Below, one piece after another: positions 29,200 to 37,588 of a stretch of DNA of 64,000 bases. The stretch spans positions 16,708-80,707 of the forward strand of contig JAXMOE010000003.1 of the NCBI GenBank assembly GCA_034670025.1. Reading direction: 5' to 3'. The stretch comes from Chlorobiota bacterium. GTDB taxonomy: Bacteria > Bacteroidota > Ignavibacteria > Kapaibacteriales > UBA2268. A program made the translations under genes and the position numbers. The notes under the pieces are model-generated. The model did not search any database. It saw only the letters and a list, made by a program, of their open reading frames with translations, and was not told the DNA's origin. Positions within the stretch are counted from its first letter, which is position 1. Each line of letters begins with the position of its first letter.

Positions 29200-29644
29200 C
29201 GTCGCCCCCGAAATAAGAATCCATAACATTGCTATTATATATTCGGTTGTCGTTGGAACGCAAAGTAGTTATAGTAGGCGGTGAGTCATAGCCAGGAACA
29301 GCCCCACCCAAGTAAAGCTCACCCGATTGTATGTCCTCGAGCAGTTGGTTTGCCTCTTCGTAGTATGCCTTAATCTCTTCTGGTAGTGGCAACTCGCCAT
29401 ACTCTATTCGGTATAGGTGGTAGATAGTCAAGTCCGTGGAAATAGACATAATCAGCTCATCAGGCTCGGTAAAAGGTATGTCATACCTACCCAAAAGTGT
29501 TGCGTCTATGGTGGCATCGGCAAGCTCGCGTGCCAAATCCGTTCTCGCTGTGTCTATGGTAGTGCCTGTGTCGTCGCCAGTCAGCTTTGCTAGCTCTTCC
29601 GAGTTGAAGCGACCGAGTAGGTCTGTGTTTGTCGAATAAGCCAT
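29192..29644 (-). CDS. Mu gp36-like head-tail connector (DUF1320)
   Basis: MAYSTNTDLL.RF...EL..LT, ADATIDATLLGRYDIPF, DLTIYHLY, YEEANQLLEDIQSG; GGAGG RBS. Confidence 0.9.
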   Translation of the reverse strand: MAYSTNTDLLGRFNSEELAKLTGDDTGTTIDTARTDLARELADATIDATLLGRYDIPFTEPDELIMSISTDLTIYHLYRIEYGELPLPEEIKAYYEEANQLLEDIQSGELYLGGAVPGYDSPPTITTLRSNDNRIYNSNVMDSYFGGDDV

Positions 29645-29694
29645 CTTATTCGCCTCCGTTTACTATTATTTGGTTTATGATAATAGTATCAGTA

Positions 29695-29726
29695 GCGAAA
29701 GTATGGAGTTGGGTTTGCCCCTGCAT
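29695..29726 (-). promoter_or_regulatory. Putative promoter of the gp36-lysis-portal operon
   Basis: Minus strand ATGCAG-N17-TACTTT containing AACTCCATA, 50 nt upstream of the ATG; matches the motif at 35203-35234. Confidence 0.5.
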
Positions 29727-29780
29727 TAATGCGGTTTTAAATTTATATTTATATGGTATATCACTTATTCATTGAAGCTC

Positions 29781-30090
29781 ACTGAGCCTGTCGAAGTGAA
29801 CTTTAGTATTCAACCCCTAATGGTGTTGTTCTGAATATCCCATATGGATATAATATTAGTAGAGAATAAGTATTCAACCCCGATGGGGTTGGTTGCGGTG
29901 TTGTCAATCATTTGGCTACTAATATTTCGACTACGCTTAATACACTGTATTCAACTCCTACGGAGTTGGTGGGATGCTTACAAATATACCATTCTACTAA
30001 TGTTTGAACCCCTAACGGGGTTGGTGGGAACGCCTCCACTCACGCCAAGAGCGTGGCAAGCTCCGTCAACGCCAAGGCGTTGCCACCTAC
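29781..30090. repeat. Cluster of REP-like palindromes
   Basis: CTGAGCCTGTCGAAG at 29782; four hairpins of GT(A/T)TT(C/G)AAC(C/T)CC-loop-GGNGTTG type at 29806, 29870, 29947, 30002; GTAG-type palindrome CAACGCCAAGGCGTTGCCACCTAC near 30067. Confidence 0.65.
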
Positions 30091-30107
30091 GACACCGAGT
30101 AGGGATT

Positions 30108-30138
30108 AAAAAAAAAGCCCGACCAAATGGCCGGGCTT
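30108..30138 (-). terminator. Intrinsic terminator of the 1530-aa fibre-like gene
   Basis: A-run plus AAGCCCG...CGGGCTT hairpin about 30 nt after the stop. Confidence 0.75.
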
Positions 30139-30169
30139 GTGAATATTATGTTATGTGGTTGTTATGTGG

Positions 30170-33100
30170 TTAGAAAGTACCTATTATGTACCAGTCACCA
30201 TTTGTATCTTTTGTTACAATCCCACCTCTTACACCAGAGGCAGTACCATTTGAAGTACCATTGATATCATGAGTACCACTCGTGAATGCTATATGGACAA
30301 CAGAACCAGCAGGATAAGAATTAGGAAATGATGCAACATTAACATCAGCAGCTAAGAACAATACGTTTTTACCTGAAGCCACAGCTGTTGAATTAGAAAG
30401 ACCTAATTGACCTGTCATATCCAAATCACCTGAATTGTTAACAATGAAATTATTCCCACCAACTGTGAAGTTTTGATTAGTTACATCTAATCCTTGTGTC
30501 ATATCCGCAGCAGAATTTACAGTCAAAGTACCTTCGATTAAAGTATTACCACTTGGTTGAACTCTAAATGTTGTTGAAGGTGTATTATCACTCATTGTTA
30601 AATTTGCACCAGATATATCTACACCTTGTTCTACATCTAAGTTACCTTGTAAAACACCATTACCTGAAGTATTTACACTAAATACAGCACCAGCACCTGG
30701 ATCCAAAGTAATGTTACCAGATACATCTAATGCATCTGCAACTTCAACTGCATTACCACCAGAAGTATTCTTTAACGGAACTTGCAAATCTAAATCATTG
30801 TTACCTGTAATTACGATATCAGCATTAGTACCATTTAAAGCAGTATTAATTGTTTGACCACCGTCGTAAGCAACTTGTAGAGAAGTGCTACCCCAAGAAA
30901 GTACACCATTACCATCAGTGATTAACTGTTGGTCAGCAGAACCGTCAGCAGCTGGAAGAGTCCAAACTACATTAGTAGCAACTACAGCAGGAGAAGTGAA
31001 ACCAACATAGTTAGATTGGTCATCATCATTCAATCTCATATCACCGTCTATTCTAGCATTAGCACCTATGTTTGCATTATTACCAACATTCATATTGTTA
31101 GAGAAGAAACCACTTCTCCACTCACGAGTTGCAGAACCAATATCACGGTTATCAGCAGTAGCACTTGGAATCAAGTCAGAATGAATTCTACCAGTAACAG
31201 TAACTTCGTCAGCAGCAGCATCACCTAAATTAACGTTGCCGTTAAGAGTAGTGTTGCCATCAACGTTTAATCTAGCGTCTATGTCGGTACTACCTTGTAC
31301 AACTAATGCGTCATTAGTACCAGCTACATCACCTTCTACAGTTAATTGAGTTGCGTCATCACTATCACCCATAATAGAAGCAGCAGATTGAACGTTAATT
31401 CTACCGTCAACTTGTAAGCTAAGAATAGCAGTAGCACTTCCATTATTTTCGAAAGATAAAACTTGGTCAGCAGCATCATTTCTTTGTAAAGTGTTGTCCG
31501 AAATAATTAGATTTGGATTACCAGAATTAATGGTTAAGAATCCCTCTTCAATAAATACATCTGTATCACCATCGCCAGCAGCATCAAAATTAATTTGTGA
31601 GCTAGCAGCGTCGATAGTAACTTGAGCAGTAGTAGCATTATCAACATTGAAAGTAGCAACATCAGTATTGTAACCGATATTCAATTCTGCTGCACCAGCA
31701 CCAGCACCATTTGCTTCACCAATGTGAACAGAAGAACCTAATACATATAAGTCAGCCCATCTTTCTGCATCAGTACCTAAAGTAAATGCAGTAGCTGCAC
31801 CATTAGGTTGAATAGAAGAGTTTACTTTTGAGTTGAAAGTAGTTAAGTCAGTAACCAAATCATCACCTAAATTAACATTACCGTTTAGAGTAGTGTTGCC
31901 GTCAACATTAGCAGCATCATCAACTTGTAAATCATTACCAACATTAGCGTTGTTAGCTAACCATAAGTTTCTCCATTTGTCTCCAGCAGAAGAACCAATA
32001 CTCCAGTTGTTATCATAAGTAGGTAATAAGTGCGAACCAATATCGCCATTAATAATAACTGAGTCCAAAGAGTTAGTACCTAATGTAGTAAAACCTTCTA
32101 CGTTCAAAGAACCGTCAATATCGGCATCTCCTTGAAGAGCAAAATCATATATCATTGCATTATCAGGACTGATTACACCTTCTACAGTTAATTGAGCTGC
32201 ATCAGTACCATCACCGATAGTAGAAGCAGCAGATTGAACGTCAATTTTACCTTCTAAATCGATATTTAATACATTTCCTACACCAGCGTCAGTGTTGATA
32301 AAAGTCAATGTTTCAACTGTGGCATCGTTTCTTTCTACAGTAGCATCTGTGATAATCAAATCAGTGCTAGTACTATTGTCATCAGTATCAATAGTAAGTC
32401 CATTAGATCTAACTTCTAATACATTATTAGCATTAGCACCTAGAGGGTTTATAGAAACAACTTCTGCAGCAGCAGTTGCATCGATAGTTAACTGAGCGTT
32501 AGTCGCAGCATTAACTGTTAATGAACCAACGTTAGCAGCATAACCAATGTTCAATTCAGTATTACCTGCAGTACCACCTTCAGGTCCAACGTGAACTGAA
32601 TTACCCATAATATAAGCAGCTTGCCATCTTTTTGCATCAGTACCTAAAGTAAGAGCATTTTGAGCTTCGTCAGGAACTAAGTTAGAAACAAACTCGCCGT
32701 TAACTTGTATGTTATCTGTATCAGCATCACCTAATATAGTGTTGCCGTCAACTTTCAGTCTATTACCAACATTAGCGTTGTTAGAAAGTTGGAGATTTTG
32801 CCATCTGTTACCAAGAATACCTAAATCAAGTGTACCGTCAGTCATAGGAACTAAGCTAGTAGTAAATCTACCATTAGCAGCTATCTCATCAGTAACAGCA
32901 TCACCTAAATCAACATTAGCGTTTAGAGTAGTGTTACCATCAACGTTTAATCTAGCGTCTATGTCAGTGCTACCTTGTACAACTAATGCATCGTTAGTAC
33001 CAGCTACGTCGCCTTCTATTGTCAATTGAGTTGCATCAGCAGCGTCGCCCATAGTAGAAGCAGCAGATTGAACGTCTAATTTACCGTCTATAGTTACGTC

Positions 33101-34762
33101 TAATACACCAGCACCGCCGTTTACAAGACCTAAAGTCTCAGTATTGGCACTATTTCTTCCAACTGTAGATTGAGTCAAAGATAATACTGTTCCAGAAAGA
33201 ATTCCATCAGTATCAACATGAAGACCATCTTCTGCTATGAACACGTTACCAAAACCTTCGCCAGCAGGGTCAAAAGTAGTAACTTCCGAGCCAGTAGTTG
33301 CGTCTATAGAGAATTGAGAGCCAGTAGGATCGTTTACTTGGAAGTTAGCAGTGTTCGAATTGTAAAATACTTCTAATTCAGTATCATTACTCGCACCGTC
33401 ATCTGGACCAATATGAAGAGATTCATCTAAGTAAATGCTTCTCCATCTGTCAGAATCTTGACCCAAATCATTGTTGTTAGTAGGAATGATATCTGTATCA
33501 ACCCATCCGTCAAAATTAATTTCGTCATCAGAATTGTGACCTAAATTAATAATTGAATTCGGAGTGTTTGTAGTTACATCTACTTCAAATGCTAAGTTAC
33601 TGTTAGCATCTTCTACAGTAAGATCGCCACCAGTTACATCAACGCCAGCAGTTGCGTCTAAGTTACCATTGATAGTGAATTGACCAGTACCAGTAGTTAT
33701 TGGTCCGTTATTAACCCATGCTGGGTTAGCAGAAGCAGTAGAGTTCAATAATAAAGTACCATCATTCGAGTTACCAATTATTTCTTCTACATTATATATA
33801 GTGTTATCATTCATATTGAAATCACCAGTAAGTGAAAAACCATCCACTTCTAAGTAACCCATTTTAGCATCACCATCAATAACTAATTCATATTCATTAA
33901 GATTAAGAACAGGTTGAGCAGTTTTAACACCTACTATATTTAATTTTGTAGCATCAGTACCAGGAGTAGCACCAATAACGTTAGCATCTTGAGTTGCTGT
34001 AAAAGCACCAGAGATTTCTAAAGGTTGGTTGCCGTCATTGATTTCAGCAACATTGTCTAATATTTTACCTTGTAAATTTACGTCAGTATCAGTAATAACC
34101 ATCATATCAACACCATCAACAGAAATTTCACCTTCGTTGTTAACATCATCATAACGGATAGCAAGAACTTCATCGCCAGCTGTAAGAGCATCATCAGCAC
34201 CCAAACCATCAGCAGGACCAACAAACACACCTCTATTAGCTATAGGAGCAGTGTTGTCAATTTCTTTTACAAAAAGTGCATCATGTCTTTGTCCATCATC
34301 ACCTATGTAAGAAGGATCAGAAGTCGGCACCAAAACACCATTTGTGTTGAAGATAGAAGTGTTAGCTTGTATAATTACTTGCTGATCTACTCTACCTTGG
34401 CTGAACAAAGCACCATTGATGTAAACATCAAAAGTCCAGAAAGTATTCATGTTAGCAGCTTCAATAGCATCCCATTCATTTTGCTTTGTTACATTAGCAG
34501 TACCAACATTAACAGTGATAACACCGTTGTCGTCAGCAGTAACTTCTGGGTCGCCAGCAGTAAAAGTGTTACCAGTGTACAAAGTTAAAGCACCACCATC
34601 GTAGTTAACCAAGTCAACTCTTACCGAAGTGGCAGGAGTACCAGCTTGATATTGCGGAGCGTAAACTGAAACTCTAGTTGGCTCTAAAGAGAGACCGGTA
34701 GAGATTGCCATCATTGTGACAGCGAGAAGTAATAATAGTTTTTTCATTGTGAAAAACCCCAT
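30170..34762 (-). CDS. Large secreted beta-repeat protein resembling phage tail fibres / trimeric fibre adhesins
   Basis: Signal peptide (likely start MKKLLL at 34747); recurrent xxP...LG....RW..LY motifs; NYVGFTSPAVVATNVVWTLPAADGSADQQLITDGNGVLSW fibre motif; about 280-aa internal repeats. Confidence 0.7.
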   Translation of the reverse strand: MGFFTMKKLLLLLAVTMMAISTGLSLEPTRVSVYAPQYQAGTPATSVRVDLVNYDGGALTLYTGNTFTAGDPEVTADDNGVITVNVGTANVTKQNEWDAIEAANMNTFWTFDVYINGALFSQGRVDQQVIIQANTSIFNTNGVLVPTSDPSYIGDDGQRHDALFVKEIDNTAPIANRGVFVGPADGLGADDALTAGDEVLAIRYDDVNNEGEISVDGVDMMVITDTDVNLQGKILDNVAEINDGNQPLEISGAFTATQDANVIGATPGTDATKLNIVGVKTAQPVLNLNEYELVIDGDAKMGYLEVDGFSLTGDFNMNDNTIYNVEEIIGNSNDGTLLLNSTASANPAWVNNGPITTGTGQFTINGNLDATAGVDVTGGDLTVEDANSNLAFEVDVTTNTPNSIINLGHNSDDEINFDGWVDTDIIPTNNNDLGQDSDRWRSIYLDESLHIGPDDGASNDTELEVFYNSNTANFQVNDPTGSQFSIDATTGSEVTTFDPAGEGFGNVFIAEDGLHVDTDGILSGTVLSLTQSTVGRNSANTETLGLVNGGAGVLDVTIDGKLDVQSAASTMGDAADATQLTIEGDVAGTNDALVVQGSTDIDARLNVDGNTTLNANVDLGDAVTDEIAANGRFTTSLVPMTDGTLDLGILGNRWQNLQLSNNANVGNRLKVDGNTILGDADTDNIQVNGEFVSNLVPDEAQNALTLGTDAKRWQAAYIMGNSVHVGPEGGTAGNTELNIGYAANVGSLTVNAATNAQLTIDATAAAEVVSINPLGANANNVLEVRSNGLTIDTDDNSTSTDLIITDATVERNDATVETLTFINTDAGVGNVLNIDLEGKIDVQSAASTIGDGTDAAQLTVEGVISPDNAMIYDFALQGDADIDGSLNVEGFTTLGTNSLDSVIINGDIGSHLLPTYDNNWSIGSSAGDKWRNLWLANNANVGNDLQVDDAANVDGNTTLNGNVNLGDDLVTDLTTFNSKVNSSIQPNGAATAFTLGTDAERWADLYVLGSSVHIGEANGAGAGAAELNIGYNTDVATFNVDNATTAQVTIDAASSQINFDAAGDGDTDVFIEEGFLTINSGNPNLIISDNTLQRNDAADQVLSFENNGSATAILSLQVDGRINVQSAASIMGDSDDATQLTVEGDVAGTNDALVVQGSTDIDARLNVDGNTTLNGNVNLGDAAADEVTVTGRIHSDLIPSATADNRDIGSATREWRSGFFSNNMNVGNNANIGANARIDGDMRLNDDDQSNYVGFTSPAVVATNVVWTLPAADGSADQQLITDGNGVLSWGSTSLQVAYDGGQTINTALNGTNADIVITGNNDLDLQVPLKNTSGGNAVEVADALDVSGNITLDPGAGAVFSVNTSGNGVLQGNLDVEQGVDISGANLTMSDNTPSTTFRVQPSGNTLIEGTLTVNSAADMTQGLDVTNQNFTVGGNNFIVNNSGDLDMTGQLGLSNSTAVASGKNVLFLAADVNVASFPNSYPAGSVVHIAFTSGTHDINGTSNGTASGVRGGIVTKDTNGDWYIIGTF
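31216..33074. repeat. Intragenic direct repeats in the fibre-like gene
   Basis: 31216-31394 is highly similar to 32896-33074 (offset 1680 nt); a third, more diverged copy of the QSAAS unit at about 32227. Confidence 0.85.
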
Positions 34763-34860
34763 ATATATTTATAAAAATTAAATGTTTTATTTCATTGTAA
34801 CATTATACAGCATACAAATTAACAAATTTGCACACAATAACAAGCAAACGCAGTAATTTT

Positions 34861-34882
34861 AGTGTGTAAATAACTACACACT
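34861..34882. promoter_or_regulatory. Perfect inverted repeat in the divergent intergenic region (possible operator)
   Basis: AGTGTGTA-aataac-TACACACT. Confidence 0.4.
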
Positions 34883-35114
34883 TTAACCACCGATTGAGAG
34901 TTGGATTAATTCATGCAATTTCCTTGCCAAAGTTGAGCTTAGAGCAATAATCTGAACACCTTAAGCTTATGTTGTCGAATTATTAGTTGTCTTGTGGCTT
35001 ATTTTTTTTCGGAAATACTGTTACTTCGTTGTAAATATTGATATTTGTGGAGTTATTTACTCAACTTTTTTTAGTAAATCCCCACATCTCATTTTTTCAA
35101 CTATGGGGGAGTTC

Positions 35115-35146
35115 AATCCCCCCGGCCCCCTTTATCAAGGGGGAGC
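35115..35146. repeat. REP-like GC hairpin
   Basis: AATCCCCCCGGCCCCCTTTATCAAGGGGGAG, a common intergenic palindrome type. Confidence 0.5.
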
Positions 35147-35202
35147 TTAAAGGAAGTCCTCCATAATAAATACCATACCAAAACCGTTTTAAAATAGTAC
35201 CT

Positions 35203-35234
35203 ATGCACATATACTGCTAACCCCATAGCTTTGC
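35203..35234 (+). promoter_or_regulatory. Putative promoter of the protease-capsid operon
   Basis: ATGCAC-N17-TAGCTT containing AACCCCATA and a TAnnTTTG element, 45 nt upstream of the ATG. Confidence 0.5.
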
Positions 35235-35279
35235 CTCACACTAAAATCAACAACCACAAACAAAAAGAGGTACACAACT

Positions 35280-36122
35280 ATGTGGATAGAAGTATTTCGG
35301 TCTGGGACACATACCGATTCGGGTGGCAACACTGCCACTTATACCAATGCAGATTTGGCTACGATAGCCAACAACTACAACACAGAGCTGAGCAAGGACG
35401 AAAGCAGCTTAGCCCCAATAGTCAAAGGACACCCAAAGACCGATGCGCCTGCTCTGGGTTGGGTGGGTCAGCTGAAAGTAAGTGGCGACAAGCTGTTGGC
35501 TAAGATAAAGCAGGTTTTGCCAGAGTTCGCCAATGAGGTGAAGTCAGGCAGATACAAGAAAGTTTCCATAGCACTTTACCCTGGCAATGTACTTAGGCAT
35601 ATTGGTTTTTTGGGTGCTACTGCCCCTGCTGTGCGTGGGCTGAAACCAGTAAGCTTTGCTGACAAGGGCGATTACGCTGAGTTCAGCACTGCACCGAAGC
35701 AGAGCCGATTGGAGCAATTAGAACAAGAGAACGCAGAGCTGAAAATGCAGATAGCAGAGAAGGACTCAGAGCTATTGGGTAAGCAAAACTCCGAGTTTGT
35801 AGCTCAATTAATTGATGAGGGCAAGGTAACGCCTGCACAAGCCACCATACTCAATGAGATATTGGACTGCGAATCGGCTGGAGGACAGTATGCCAAGGGC
35901 AAGTCGGTGATTGATTTAGTCAAAGAATTTGCCGAATCGGGCTGCCCCATTGGCGATTTGGAAGCGGAGTTTGCCGACAATAACGTGCCACCAGTGAGCA
36001 ATGAGTATGAAGGAAAACCCACAGAGCCAGAGAGGTTACAGCTACACAACCGAGCAATGACAATCAGCAGAGACAACCCAAACATAAGCTACGAGCAAGC
36101 ACTTATGCTTGCCACGGATTAA
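35280..36122 (+). CDS. Mu-like prohead protease with C-terminal scaffold region
   Basis: WIEVFRSGTHTD, APIVKGHPKTDAPALGWV, GRYKKVSIALY, LRHIGFLGATAPAVRGL; helical C-terminus ending SYEQAL. Confidence 0.9.
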   Translation: MWIEVFRSGTHTDSGGNTATYTNADLATIANNYNTELSKDESSLAPIVKGHPKTDAPALGWVGQLKVSGDKLLAKIKQVLPEFANEVKSGRYKKVSIALYPGNVLRHIGFLGATAPAVRGLKPVSFADKGDYAEFSTAPKQSRLEQLEQENAELKMQIAEKDSELLGKQNSEFVAQLIDEGKVTPAQATILNEILDCESAGGQYAKGKSVIDLVKEFAESGCPIGDLEAEFADNNVPPVSNEYEGKPTEPERLQLHNRAMTISRDNPNISYEQALMLATD

Positions 36123-36147
36123 TTCATTATAAAAATTGGAGACAAAT

Positions 36148-37089
36148 ATGTCAAAAAGAACCGATAATCTTAGAATGGTAGATCCCGTTCTGAGTACAAT
36201 AGCACAGGGCTACAGCAATAGCTCATTCGTATCGGAAGCACTATTCCCGATAGTAAATGTGAGCAAGAGTAAAGTGAAAATACCAGTTTTTGGTAAAGAG
36301 GCGTTTTACTTGCGAGGAGTTGATAGGGCGATAAGAGCGGAGAGCAACAGGATACCAGCGAGCAAAGTCAGTTTAATGGACTTTGAGACACAGGAGAAAG
36401 ACTTAGAAGTCGCTCTTGACCATTTGGAGCAAAAAGAAGCCCACAACTTAGAGCTATATATGAGCCAGGTAACTAAGACTTTGGCGGATGGAATATCGCT
36501 CAACAGGGAGAAGGAAGCGGCAGACATTGCCCAAGATGCCAGTAAGTATGCAGCGAGCAACAAGATAGTAATTACATCTGGAAATGCCTTCGATGATTAT
36601 GGTAACACCACTGACCCACTTGCAATAATCAAAGATGGAATGGAGGCAATTAGAAACAAGATTGGGAAGTTCCCAAACACTATGGTGCTGGGCGAAACTA
36701 CTTACAGAGTGCTGATGAGCCACCCCAAGATATTGGAGAAAATCAAATATTCTTCGCTGGGTAAGGCATCGAAAAGTATTCTGAAAGAGCTTACGGACAT
36801 AGACAACATTTCGGTAGGGCTTTCAGTTTACACTGATGATGGCGATGATTTTACTGATATATGGGCTGACAATATTGTCCTTGCCTATGTTGATAGCAGT
36901 GCAAAGGGCAACCGCTCGGAGTTCAACCCAAGTTATGGTTACACTTTCAGAAGAAAAGGAATGCCCGAAGTTGACACATACAACGAGAATGGCGGTAAGA
37001 TTAAGGTACTACGATACACGGATAACTACTCTGTGAATGTAACTGCAAACGATGCAGCTTACTTAATTTCAAACACAAACCACGAATAG
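36148..37089 (+). CDS. Major capsid protein (transposable-phage type, HK97-fold family)
   Basis: LRMVDPVLSTIAQGYSN, LFPIVNV, FGKEAF..RA, PNTMVLG, IWADNIVLAYV, PSYGYTF; GGAG RBS before ATG 36148. Confidence 0.9.
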   Translation: MSKRTDNLRMVDPVLSTIAQGYSNSSFVSEALFPIVNVSKSKVKIPVFGKEAFYLRGVDRAIRAESNRIPASKVSLMDFETQEKDLEVALDHLEQKEAHNLELYMSQVTKTLADGISLNREKEAADIAQDASKYAASNKIVITSGNAFDDYGNTTDPLAIIKDGMEAIRNKIGKFPNTMVLGETTYRVLMSHPKILEKIKYSSLGKASKSILKELTDIDNISVGLSVYTDDGDDFTDIWADNIVLAYVDSSAKGNRSEFNPSYGYTFRRKGMPEVDTYNENGGKIKVLRYTDNYSVNVTANDAAYLISNTNHE

Positions 37090-37105
37090 GAAAAGGAGAA
37101 AAATT

Positions 37106-37450
37106 ATGCCAATAAACAAAGCAACAAGCAGCCCAGTGCTGACACTAAGTCAAGTAGCAGGAGAAGATTTGCTCGCTTACAGAGCTATAAATTTTGATGG
37201 TGAACTAACGGATGACGGTGATGATTTTCTTGGTGTGACAGACTTGGAATGGAGAGAGGGCGAAATAGCATCAGCAATAGCACTAGGAGCCCCGATAATG
37301 GAAGCCAGTGGTGCAGTCAGCAAAGGCGACAACATTGTACTTGACACCGGTGGCAAAGCCAAAGCTTATGCTGGTTCTGGTGCAAAGATTGGCTTTGCAC
37401 TCAACTCAGCAGCCGATGGAGGATATGTGAAGGTGCTGATTAGGAAGTAG
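37106..37450 (+). CDS. DUF2190-family capsid cement/decoration protein
   Basis: YRAINFDG...LGV...EASGAVSKGD...IGFALNSAADGGYVKVLI; directly after the capsid gene. Confidence 0.85.
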   Translation: MPINKATSSPVLTLSQVAGEDLLAYRAINFDGELTDDGDDFLGVTDLEWREGEIASAIALGAPIMEASGAVSKGDNIVLDTGGKAKAYAGSGAKIGFALNSAADGGYVKVLIRK

Positions 37451-37473
37451 GTGATTTTTGTAATATAAATAGT

Positions 37474-37506
37474 AAGCTCAGTTGAATATTCGACTGGGCT
37501 TTTTTT
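37474..37506 (+). terminator. Intrinsic terminator of the capsid operon
   Basis: AGCTCAGTTGAA-TA-TTCGACTGGGCT hairpin plus T-run. Confidence 0.75.
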
Positions 37507-37588
37507 ATGATATTTAGTAACCTTTGCGAAAAATATTTATATTGCATATTGCATAAATTTAATAAAATGAAATCCGACTAAGACAAGA

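Noticed and set aside
29806-30025. Possible CRISPR array (four spaced palindromic repeats)
   Set aside because: Repeats are degenerate, spacing is irregular (64/77/55 nt) and no cas genes are in the window; REP-like elements fit better.
29844-30173. 109-aa plus-strand ORF
   Set aside because: Runs through palindromic repeats and a terminator; no protein-like features.
35231-35503. 90-aa alternative-frame ORF overlapping the protease start
   Set aside because: TTG start inside the promoter-like motif, no RBS; the protease frame has the GAGG RBS and conserved motifs.
25206-37450. Intact Mu-like prophage
   Set aside because: No transposase, repressor, terminase or tail genes; head genes are split into divergent operons around a host-type gene.
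25206-37450. Tailocin/eCIS or encapsulin locus
   Set aside because: No sheath, tube or baseplate genes; the capsid comes with portal, protease and connector, which encapsulins lack.
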